A DNA stretch of 64,000 nucleotides from Balanoglossus misakiensis (Eukaryota > Animalia > Hemichordata): assembly GCA_040954595.2 (NCBI GenBank), contig CM082583.2:7128849-7192848 (forward strand). Direction: 5' to 3'. The notes under the pieces are model-generated. The model saw only the letters and a program-made list of their open reading frames with translations. It was not told where the DNA came from and ran no database searches. Shown piece by piece: positions 13,075-24,000 of this stretch; the first letter of the stretch is position 1, and every line of letters begins with the position of its first letter. The position numbers were made by a program, and so were the translations under genes.

Positions 13075-16000
13075 TTACCAGCCGTTATAAGACACAAACA
13101 TTTACATGGTGGACTTTCCGACAAACCGGAAATAAAGAGAAGATACAGATCCTGTCATCGTAAAAATGTTTCTTCCTGGAGAATGAAGTTTGAGGAAACG
13201 ACATTAATGGCCTAGTCACATAATTATACCACGCAAAAATTTGTATGCGCCGCTGCTGTTCAACCTTGTTTTCAAATTCTGCAGGCGTTGCTGTTAGTTT
13301 CATTACTGTGACATGCCGAGTTTTAAAGACCGATTCCAGAATGGGGTTACATGTGAAGAATTTCCAAATCAACACCCGCCCCCTCACAAATTGCAATTCT
13401 CTGCCGACGACGATCTTGTGAAATGAGAGAACGGCGAAGCTAACAAGTCCACCGGGCCTGGTGGAGATATTTTCGTCATTGTCGTGATGTACATGCCTGC
13501 GATCTTTCGATGCTCAATTCATCTCGAAAATAATTCGAATCCGATATTAATTGTTATCATTTTGGGAAATAAAGACATCGCCATCATCAGTGCGCGATCA
13601 TCATATACAGCTCTCAGTTGAGTGAATTGTCATAATTCAAAAAATATGTCATAAATACATGAATGATAGTGTGTCGAAGCCGAGATCTGATTGCCAATAA
13701 CACACGGGATATTTTCCTTTCTCTTCCCATTGTTAGCAAATGTTTAACCACTTTTTACGTCTTTTCACTTCACGCCGCGTTCTCTGAGTACGTGACAGAA
13801 ATTTATAGTCGGTACCGTAAATGGTAGATACTGGGCGAGCTACTAGTAAGTTCTTGAAAATAACAATTCATGTCAGAAAATTATAGTGTGGGTCACATCG
13901 TGATGATAAAATTACCATGGTAACCACAGCGCCGGATCTCGCGATTGAGATGCGCATAAAAGTACATTGGAAGCATCTGAAATTATAGGGCATCGGAAAT
14001 GGCATATAAAAATTCGCAGGATTATATTCTTAATTTTATTTCATTTGAAATGAACGTGTACTGAAATTTGATGGCTGCTGATAGGCGGTCCACGAGCTAC
14101 AGGAAATTGAACGAAATTTTTTAAAAATACAAAACAAAAGATGCTAAAATGTATTGTGGATAGATTATTGAAGTTTCATAATTCGCATGGAAACGTTGCA
14201 TCCTCGGGATAGAAAGAATCAGAGATAACGCGGTTTTCTTCTTCCTCCGTTTCGCCATGACAGTTTTGAACAAAGTATTTTTAAAAGTCACGTTTTCGAG
14301 GGATTTTTTAATATTTTTTAAAAGGATGACGGTGGGCTGCGTTTAGAAAACCGTATGATACAGTTTTGTGGTATGGTACAAATTAAGTGTATGAAAACAG
14401 TAATGGTTTACATGATTTTCACATCGGAAAAGAAAGTAAATGGTAGATTTATTCATTATACAACGAGTCATAACGACGTCACGACAAAGTGACAATTTTT
14501 TTCTCATTTTCAATTTCAAGTTTAAAACACACCAATTCAGAAAATTATAGACGATCAGTTCAAATCTCGTTTAAAACTGACAAATTTGAAACGGATATAA
14601 TAACCACTGATTTGAGCCCCCAATAACTATATTTTCCTGGGCGTTACTATGGATACCGATCGGAAACTTGATATGAAAAGAGGGAGGTGATTAAGACATC
14701 GCATTGAATCGTTCAATTGTCTCTCTCAGAATAAATCACAGTTAATTACGGAGAAAGTCAGTGATCATCTCGTTGCCGAAAAAATCGCCATGAAAAAAGT
14801 TGAAAGTGTATCATGGACTTCAAACGCGTGTTAAGGACGACCCACAAGGTCGTTCAGATATCATCATGGTGCAAGTAATCACCAAAAAAGTTTAATTTGT
14901 CCCTTTAAATAATTGTCCTAAATCATCCTTTCTTCCTAATAATTGTGCAAAATTTGCAAGAAAAGTAGGGCTACTTGGACCGATCTTCAAGAAAGATTTG
15001 TTGGTTGTGAGAGGGCATAACCCTATTTATAAACAAAGCTCAAACAGTCTTCAACGATTGCTGCTGGCAAAATAGGTATAGCTCCATATGCACAGGAAAT
15101 AAAGCAGCTTTACTTAATACCAATATTTCAATGTAAAGATCAAGTATGGCAACAAATCTCTCAATATATTGATAAATTTAATCAAACTTTTATAGCATTG
15201 ATGCCATTGTGAAACGGTCCAACTTCGTGTCACATTTACACCGAAATGTTTACCAAAAAAATTCCAAAGTTTTTATATTCTATAATGGTCTCTGTCATTC
15301 AATCCTTGTCTTACTTGAAATCAAGATTATAAAAAAAGAAACCCAGAAAACTGTTTTGAAATAAAAATCAGTCTAGCTGCGTTCGTGATTTCATATCAGT
15401 GGGCCCACTTAACTCCTTTGTGTCAAACACAGAATTATTACTTTATGACTATGGCTTGAGTTATGAGGGCCTGCGGGGAGTAGATTTTGGATGGAAACAA
15501 GGCGGGTCGTTACGAATGTAATCATGGAATATATTGACCTATGACCTAGCTTTCGAAGTCTTTATTTACTCTCTCCCCCTCCCTCCCTCCCTCTCCAGTA
15601 TTGCTCAGATGTGTTCTCGCAAATGTGTTTTTTTTCCGAGAGAAGCAAATACCGCTTACATGTTCATAATCTCCGATTCCACCATTTTTCATCTCACGCG
15701 CTCCTATCCCTTCAGACGCCTTAGTAACAACATCTCAGTCAGGGAAGGAAAATACAATCCATATTCGTCTCTCAAAAGAGATGTACTAAGCTAGAAACGG
15801 TCTGCAAACTTATATGAATGATTTGTTTCTTGTAGTGTTTACTATTGAACTTGTGTTCATGGACGCGATTGACTTTAAAATTGAAACAAAATTTAAGTGG
15901 AACTTTTACACTAAGCCTGGTGTCCTATTGAACGACGCGTAGTTACGCCACCAGACAACCAAGGAGAACCCGCACCTGTGTTTAGATTCGAGGTAACTTG

Positions 16001-17035
16001 AAAAAAAGAACAATAAGGCGTGGTGCTAACACTGACAAATGGCCGTGTAATGAAGGTTATTAGCAACCTCGTTCGCGATCCAGAAAAATGCGGCATGATA
16101 ATGAAAAATTGGCTGTTTAGGAAAAGGTAATCTTTTGACAAAACAGTAACTGAAAGTGTGTCATGTCATGTCAACCGCCACTGCGGCCTGTTTCACTCAA
16201 TTTTAGTGTCATTTCCCCTTCACGGTTAGCTTAGACGCTGTTCAAGTTCCGTTTGTGGACGTCCTAGCGTATTGAGGCTGCGTACTAATGGCGCGAAAAC
16301 GTTGACTAGGACCAATGACAATTTTGGGCTGTTCGAGTCTTTGTGTAACTGACACACGAGAACGGCCGTTCAAAAGGACTTGCAATGATCGTGTTGACAA
16401 GCCCTTTCCCCGGTAATTGAATTAAAGTGCTGTTTATTTTGTTTAGTTTACTTAGCAGAGTTAGTTTACAGAAGTAAAAATATGTGTCAAACGACAGCAT
16501 ACCTGGCTATACAGAGTACGTATGACATCTGCTGTGTCTTTAGCGAGCTTTCGTTCCTGAAGACGGTGAGGAGCTTGCATCTTCAACGGACTAACGGACT
16601 GGTTTGTTTCTGTAAGAAATCATTTGAAACGGTAAAATAACCACCTTCGAATAATATATATGTAACATTCCACCAATGGGTAAAATAATGTATTAAGGAA
16701 ATCTTTCATAATAACGACGTGTGAAAGGGTGAATACTTTGTTCTCTAAGCTGTTATCTAAGTGTTATGTCCCCATTTGCCTTTTGCAATCGACCCAGAAT
16801 ACCATGGTAACCGGGGTGGCCGAGTCCAAGGGAACACTGACTTGCCTATCACTCGAACTTATACTTTTGTTATTCTTTGTGTGGAAACGTTTTTCTAGTC
16901 TTCTATAAGACTTATTCGCTTTCAAGAGAGACAGAGGAAAACAGAGAGAAAGTGAGACGGACAGACATTTACGAGATACATAATCTGGCACGGACGGAGA
17001 TATACTAACTATTTTCAGTTATGCAAACTTGAATC

Positions 17036-17268
17036 ATGGATGTCAGGGTTGAGCTGAAATAGTTTATATTTCCACACGTTCTGGGGGAACTGAATGAAAA
17101 CGGCATGAACTCGCACAAGATGCCTTGGCTGTGCTTTGCTGTTGAGAACTGTTTGCCGAGGACTTGGACAAGTGGGACATCAAACCGACTCGCTATGCCT
17201 ACATGCAATACGACAATGAAGAGGCATTCAAACACATCACAGAATTGGGCGAATTGAAAAACCATTAG
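17036..17268 (+). pseudogene. Possible decayed coding fragment of unknown origin
   Basis: Conceptual translation MDVRVELK*FIFPHVLGELNE-(1-nt frameshift)-RHELAQDALAVLCC*ELFAEDLDKWDIKPTRYAYMQYDNEEAFKHITELGELKNH* has protein-like composition and codon pattern. It carries two stops and one frameshift. No family recognised. Confidence 0.35.
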
Positions 17269-19371
17269 CCAAAATCCTAAATCACAACAGCCATCGCGAC
17301 TTTGCTTAATGCACCTGGAGAGCACTCTAGGCCGTACCACGACAGACGGTAAAATGGATAAAAAAAGTCAAAGTGGTTCAAGCCACTGACACACTCTCTA
17401 TCAATTAACGATGGACTAATTGGCGAGGAGGGCTATGCTATGTCCTTCATGTCTCCGAAAGCAGCACTTTGGGACCGCGAATTGCGAGATCAGATGAAAA
17501 ACCAACGCACAGATATTGCTAACGCCAATAAACGTAACGTTCAGGCGTAATTTGCGTGTGAAACTATTCAAGTTGACGAGCACCCTTTCAAAGCCGTTCA
17601 TTCGCTTTTCTGCCGTCTGCCTCAAGAAAAGCGCGCCAGGAAGTTATGATGACCTTCGACCTCTTTCAACCACTTGTGAAGGTGTTGAAAGTACAGTATT
17701 AGTACGAAGTGGGATATCCGAAGTATTCGCGGTAAAAACGTCGAGATTAATGACGTCGGGAAATTGCGATGTTTTTGTTTGGGTCTAAATTATTAACGAT
17801 TTCTGCTCCTTCGATTTCACGGGCAGTAGCCCCAGGGCGATGATTGATACATTACGTGAATTTACCGTTGCAAAAAGTCCGCAGGTAAGGGACAACAGAC
17901 CGAAAAAGGTCATGTGACATTTCATCAGCAACTTATGTTCAAAGAATGTGCGTATGTAAATCGTAGTTAGTGTATTTGTGTTCAGCTTTTGACAAAATGA
18001 TATCGGCGTTTTCTTCGTTTATATACTCAACCATTATCTTACTCTCTCTTTCTTTCTTTTATTTCTACATCTCTCTCTATGTATGTTGAAAGGTGACTAT
18101 GGTTACCTGTGTGTCTGTCTATGTATCCTTCCGCCTGTCTATCTCTCTGTCTGGCTTTAGGCACCAGTCGTAACTGAAATCTGCCATCTATTTTTACCCA
18201 TAAGTAATAACTTCAGTTTTAATCTCTCTCTCTCTCTCCCCTCTCTGTCTGTCTTCCTCTCTCTCAAGATAGGAACGACAGTGTTCAAAGTTTCTCATTT
18301 ATTGTTAAATTACAAGAACCAATTTGATTATTTAATAGACAAAGATGAAACAATTTACAAAGCAATGGCGACAATCAGACACGAGTTTTGACAACAGTTG
18401 ATTTTAAAAATTGGCAAAGACTGTCTAAGACTACTAAAAGACTTGGCTAAAGTGGGCAGACATTTTAAGTGTCCGGACGGTGAAAGGATTTGGTGAAATT
18501 TGAGGATTTCTGAAGGGGACGGATTAGTTCGCGGGAGGCGTCGGCCAGACAGGAAGTCGGAATGCTCCACAAATTAAAAGCCTCGTTATATCGATATTCC
18601 AGGGTCTGCAAGTGGTCAAATATTCCCGCCATTTTAATAGCACATAATGAAGTAATTGATTTGGAATTGCGACGATTGGCCTGAGAGGTCTTTCAACTTT
18701 CAAGTTCCTCGAGTCATGTTGAAATTCCACGAGACGATTTGAAAGTGTTATTTTAGAATGTCAGGATCATGCTTAGTTTTTGTGGGCAGTGGAAAGACTG
18801 TCCGACTAGCATAAAACCTAGCTAAGGTGTAAACAAAGTTTTAGTTAGATATTTTCCAGTGCAGCACACCGTGGCGCCCTCGCGCGGCCGGAGTTCCATA
18901 TATACTGTTGCAGCCCGGGGTTCGTCGAACACTGGGGGGGAGTTGTTCATTTTGCTGAATTGACAAACATGTTTGGACATACCACACGTTCTAATTTGAT
19001 GAAAAAGCATTGTGATTAGGAAATGCTTCTAAACTTACATGAAATGCTCTATATTCGGCTCTGTTAAACTGATTAAATTCTGCCTATATCCCTGTCTGTA
19101 CTAAAGACCAGGTTGTTATCAGTTTATTTTTTGACAAATTAGTTCAAGTCCAGGCCTGAATTCAATTTTTATCATACACCAACGGTGATTTTATGCATCA
19201 CAACAAGAGTGGATATAGGGCCTATCTTTACCGCATTGAAAGCATCATGAGATTTTTGGAATAGAGAGGAAACAGGTTGTGCGATTTTTTAAATTCAAGT
19301 TGGGGGGTCGCAGTCACGTCCTACCTATCAACTTTGAAATCAATCAATTCTTCTGGGTGAAAACAATCGTT

Positions 19372-19486
19372 TTTAAAAATAAAAATGCGAAAGAGAAAAA
19401 AAAGAAGAAACGACAATATGGGAGAATACTAGTACAGTGTAGTTAAAAATAAACAGAACACAGAAATTAGGGGAAAAAATTTGATC
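19372..19486. repeat. Duplicated 3' flank of tRNA-Glu copy 1 (homologous to 20850-20933)
   Basis: Shared blocks tttaaaaa(a)taaaaatgc..agagaaaaaaagaagaaa, aaaataaacagaacacagaaa and ttagggg.aaaatttgat lie next to both tRNAs. Copy 1 has an extra ~35 nt. Confidence 0.85.
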
Positions 19487-19558
19487 TTCCCACACCGGGA
19501 ATTGAACCCGGGCCTTGGCGGTGAGAGCGCCAAATCCTAACCACTAGACCATATGGGA
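19487..19558 (-). tRNA. tRNA-Glu (anticodon CTC), copy 1, variant
   Basis: Reverse complement TCCCATATGGTCTAGTGGTTAGGATTTGGCGCTCTCACCGCCAAGGCCCGGGTTCAATTCCCGGTGTGGGAA (72 nt). Acceptor stem TCCCATA/TGTGGGA, anticodon stem TGGCG/CGCCA, loop CT-CTC-AC, A box and B box (GGTTCAATTCC) present, T6 Pol III terminator a few nt downstream. Confidence 0.9.
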
Positions 19559-20849
19559 GTTGACCTGCAGGACTAGTGATGTTAAGGAATATATTACATA
19601 AGCTGTTATATTAAGAGGTTTACATTGTTCTAGCCTTGAATGTGCGAGCGTTGTTCGGAGACAGGGTGTCATCTTTGAATTTAACTAACTTTATGTCTAT
19701 CTTAATTCGCCTCTGAGGACACACGGCCGCAATTTTCACTATGAAAATACCATAACTGTGCTGTGTGGTGGCGCCACTGAGTTGCGCCAAGCCGCGCGAG
19801 TATTTAAACCATGGACGTCCATGTCATACCGTAACACCGTACCCCACCGTACCAGCGGGCTTTGAAGGCGAGCCTTGCCTTTTTTGCCTACCTACTTGTT
19901 CGTTGTGTGAGCCTGAATCCATACCCTCGAAAACAGTGGAAAGCGTAGCCTCTTGACAGCCCGAGGCCTCGATTTTCTAGTACAACACAGCCTACCGATG
20001 AAGTGTTTACAGCAGTCAGTGCGTCGACTTGCCGAATGCGGGCGCTCTTTAAATCAGCCAAATCGAAAGGCTTCACATGAATAGCGTAATTGGTCTACAT
20101 ATTGGGCCATTTTGCCCAATAATCAGATAATGAAGTCCACGAAGCCGTAGAAGGAAAGTGTCTACGTCATATCGCTTCATACCACTGACAAAAAATTCTA
20201 GACATTTTCGCTTACTTACATGTGGTTGCGCTCGGAGACAATGGTCTACGGTACTTGCTCTGGCTGAACCTCCTACTTCCGTTTTCACACACAAACACAC
20301 AAAATCGCCCCTGTGACAGGTCCTGACTTAATCCAGTGAGACAGTTCTGTGTCATCGAAGGCGGTACGTCGCTTATCCATGGCTGTACGTAGCTTGTCTA
20401 TATCCCTGTGAGGAAATGGCTGTACGCACTGTTGCGACGGAGTCTGAAAATTCTGTCTGTCCAAGCACATGTAGGCCTAGGTCAAAGTGTATATGCATGG
20501 ACCGTTAATTAACAGATGGAATTTTTCAGAAGGTGATAATTATGCTACTCTGATTGGCTACCATTTACACAGGTGTTAAAGAATCCCACAAGTACATGAA
20601 TATGCAAATGTCGTGCGTCGCTCGTATTGTGTGAGCGGTTCCGCCACGGCCTTCCCGAGTTGTTGTATATGCGAGGGCTTGAAAAAGGAAACACTTCATA
20701 AAAAAGCTGCTTCTGGTAATTATTTTGAATGAAATGACTTGAAATCGACAGAAAATTCTAAGCTGGGGAATATGGGGCTTCGATTTATAGAAAAATATAT
20801 GCAGCACGAAAACGAAATGACTGTAACCGCTATATACATTATACTAGTA

Positions 20850-20933
20850 TTTAAAAAATAAAAATGCAGAAGAGAAAAAAAGAAGAAAATAAACAGAACA
20901 CAGAAACTTGAAATTTAGGGGCAAAATTTGATT
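20850..20933. repeat. Duplicated 3' flank of tRNA-Glu copy 2 (homologous to 19372-19486)
   Basis: Same shared blocks as beside copy 1. Confidence 0.85.
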
Positions 20934-21005
20934 TTCCCACACCGGGAATCGAACCCGGGCCGCGGCGGTGAGAGCGCCGAATCCTAGCCACTAGACCATA
21001 TGGGA
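20934..21005 (-). tRNA. tRNA-Glu (anticodon CTC), copy 2, near-canonical
   Basis: Reverse complement TCCCATATGGTCTAGTGGCTAGGATTCGGCGCTCTCACCGCCGCGGCCCGGGTTCGATTCCCGGTGTGGGAA (72 nt). Full cloverleaf, B box GGTTCGATTCC, T4 terminator downstream. Confidence 0.95.
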
Positions 21006-24000
21006 TAACTACGACGTTACCCTTCTAACGCCACCACAATTGACACAGAGTAAACTTTTGTTTTCAGTAAATTGTGTCACCATAGCGGATATCGCTCGAA
21101 GTGGAACGAGCGCCGTCTATTGGCATTAAAGTGCGACGAGAGGTGGAATAAGATAGACAATAATATACTTTATGTCTCCAATAACAGACACAAGATGTCG
21201 CCCTCTAAAAAAGGTCGGTATATTACTACCTAGTAATATATTTCATAAAAATAATACACCAGGGAAATTGGTGTCAAAATAAGCTCCTCAGTCTCTGCAT
21301 GGCGTCTGTTTTTTTATCACTCGTTTTGTTGTTGTCAATATTGTTTTGGCATCTCAGAGTCATTTTAATTATCCAGTTTGTGTCTTCTCTGTGTTACAGT
21401 CGCGGTTTTAACAGAATGAATGTATGATTGCAATAATATTACATATAGTTGATGATCAGGTGCAGTTGAGAATACAACGCGGGTAGTAACATTAACGTTT
21501 GTCGAAAGGTCTCGGCGTTAAATCCGAAACATCGATTCAGCCGTTCATTAAATCGTCGGCGATAAATTTGGCGAAGCGGACAGTTCTTCGCAATGAAAAG
21601 AACAGACAGTTAGTAGAAGCCCGGGTTATGGCTCATCATCGGCAACGTTGACCTCGCCTGTTGTCGAATGTTGTTTAACGAGATTTCAGCAGACACCTGA
21701 CGTTGCCGTTAATTCCAGCGCGGTATTTGATTACGGCCGCTGTCTCGCTGAATATTTGGCGGGCAAATGAAAATGGACGCGGTCTAATCCGGTAACTGAT
21801 TCTTCAAACAGGGAGTAATCGATCCGGGTGTTCCTTGCTGTGTTTCTTTAATTACGCTGGCATTTTGGGTGTTTACCAATGACAAAAACGTCGAAACAAC
21901 GGGTATTAAGCTTGTTTGGCGCGACGCTAGTCAGCTGGGGCCAATGATTGAAAACATGGAATTTTTACGAAATGTCCTAAGCCCCAAATAATGGGATTGT
22001 TGGTGAGAAGCGATGGACTTAATCCGCCATTTTAGTTGGCTGGGCATGACCTTTTGCTCTGAAGGCAAAAATCTCGGGAAGGAGTAAATTGGGAAAGAGT
22101 TATTCATTGAATTGTCTGCGACAGTGTCGAAAATCACAGAACGTGGCCAGATGAAAAATTCACGGACCGTTCTCTTTGTCACTCGAGCTAATTGGCAAAG
22201 GTTTACACACGCAAGTGTCGGAGCTCGAGCGTGTACTATGCCCCGATTATCGCTCTCCTAAAATGTCCGACTTCTGAGGAAGTACAAAGTAGTGGATTTT
22301 GACATACCCACTTTTCGATTCAAACCAAAGTGACTTTGGTAAGCGTTTGCGCGTGTATTTCCACCTCTGGCCGCACCGAGGCCCAACTGACAGAAATGCA
22401 TCACTGCTCCTATAGTATTCCCCAAAATGTTAAGATTCGACAATTTAAAAATCAATCTGTAGAGACGAGCATGCTAAAATGATTTGAGACAATTTTTTAG
22501 GAAGAATCTGAATCTTACTACAGATATACGGCAAACGTGGACAGCAATAAAACAGTTAATTCAAAGTACACAAGAGATTGTCCAAAGGTAAATTAGATTC
22601 TCGTCAAACTTTATCACACGAGCGCGGAATCCCGACTAAGATCGGTGAAAATTCCTCGTTTGATCAGCTGATCCCCGCTGTGGTTTGCGACTTCATCATT
22701 GCGGGGACTAGGTCAAATTCTGGAGATAAAAAATAGCCACGTCGGATTCGCCACCACAGCGCCTAGCCCAGTGATGCATGGGAGTTCACCTTAAACGCTT
22801 TATCCCTTTACGCTATCTCTGCTGATATTGATGGGCATGGAGAATCCAATCTCCAATCCCACTTAGTCCTTTAAAAAGGCCTATCAAAACTTACATCTCC
22901 CAGCGGTATTTACAAGCACGGCTTTGATACATGCGTAATGCTTCCAGCATGGTGAGTGGGGATTGTGACGGTAAAGCGTTCAGCTTTCGCTAATCTACTT
23001 TTGTCTGCCAATGACATGCTCATGCTCATGTATACCTCACATTATTTGAAAACACAATATTAATCAATGCCTCCTGATAGACGTTTAAGGCCATCGTTTC
23101 GTCGTCGCGACGTCCGATTTAAGAAAACAATTATCATAATAACAAAGTACCGTAGAACTTGTACCGTAGTATAGATTGTTCTTAGTTCCATTCATGCATG
23201 TACACACAGAAGCGGCGAAAATGCAACTGCAGTGTAAACGCCCAGTGTATGTGAGAGCCTACACGACTTTGCCCACAAAGTGCATGCAGCATCTATTCTA
23301 CGAGATGCGAATGAAAAACGGGGAAAAGATTTACAGGCCCGGGGTTTTAAATAGACCTGAATCTGCTCCTCTTTGACCGTCACCTGCGTTGTAATTTGAA
23401 GGGCCAGGGGAAATAACGCGACTACAAAGGTGTCATAAATACGCTAATAGGATCTAAAAAGTTAATGTCTCGGTCGCCTTCAGATGCATTCAGTTTAACT
23501 GGAAAGCCCCGCGAAAGAGAGAGAGAAAAAAAACTTTTCATTTACGAAGATAGACCTGTAGCCTGGAGCCTTCTGAATAAAACAAGCCTCGCCACTAGAG
23601 TGCCATCATAAGAGTTTATGGGAAGAGGTTTTTCTTCTGTAAGATTCGCGCCAATTCTCCGATAGGTCTCCAAAGGCCGGTGTTAAATATCTGACCGATG
23701 TTGCGCGATTTTTAAGTAAGAATGCACAACAATAAAAATATACGAGAAAAATTTGACCCCTGCAATCTACAGCTATTAGTCTATATTAATATACAGTATA
23801 TATTTTCTTTGTTTCATGAAACTGTGGTTAGAGATCAGGGAGAACACTTTCAGTTCACAAAAGTCCAAACATGCCACAACCCGTGGATGTGGGTGTATAC
23901 TGATTTTCTGCAATTTCTATGGAGGGTAATAAATTTTACATAATTCGGTTCCTATATTAACTCCAGTTACCGTAGGCCTCATATACTTGTTTCATTCTTT

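Noticed and set aside
17140-17150. In-frame TGA after Cys-Cys as possible selenocysteine
   Set aside because: The same frame also has a TAG and a frameshift, and I saw no SECIS element. Decay is the simpler explanation.
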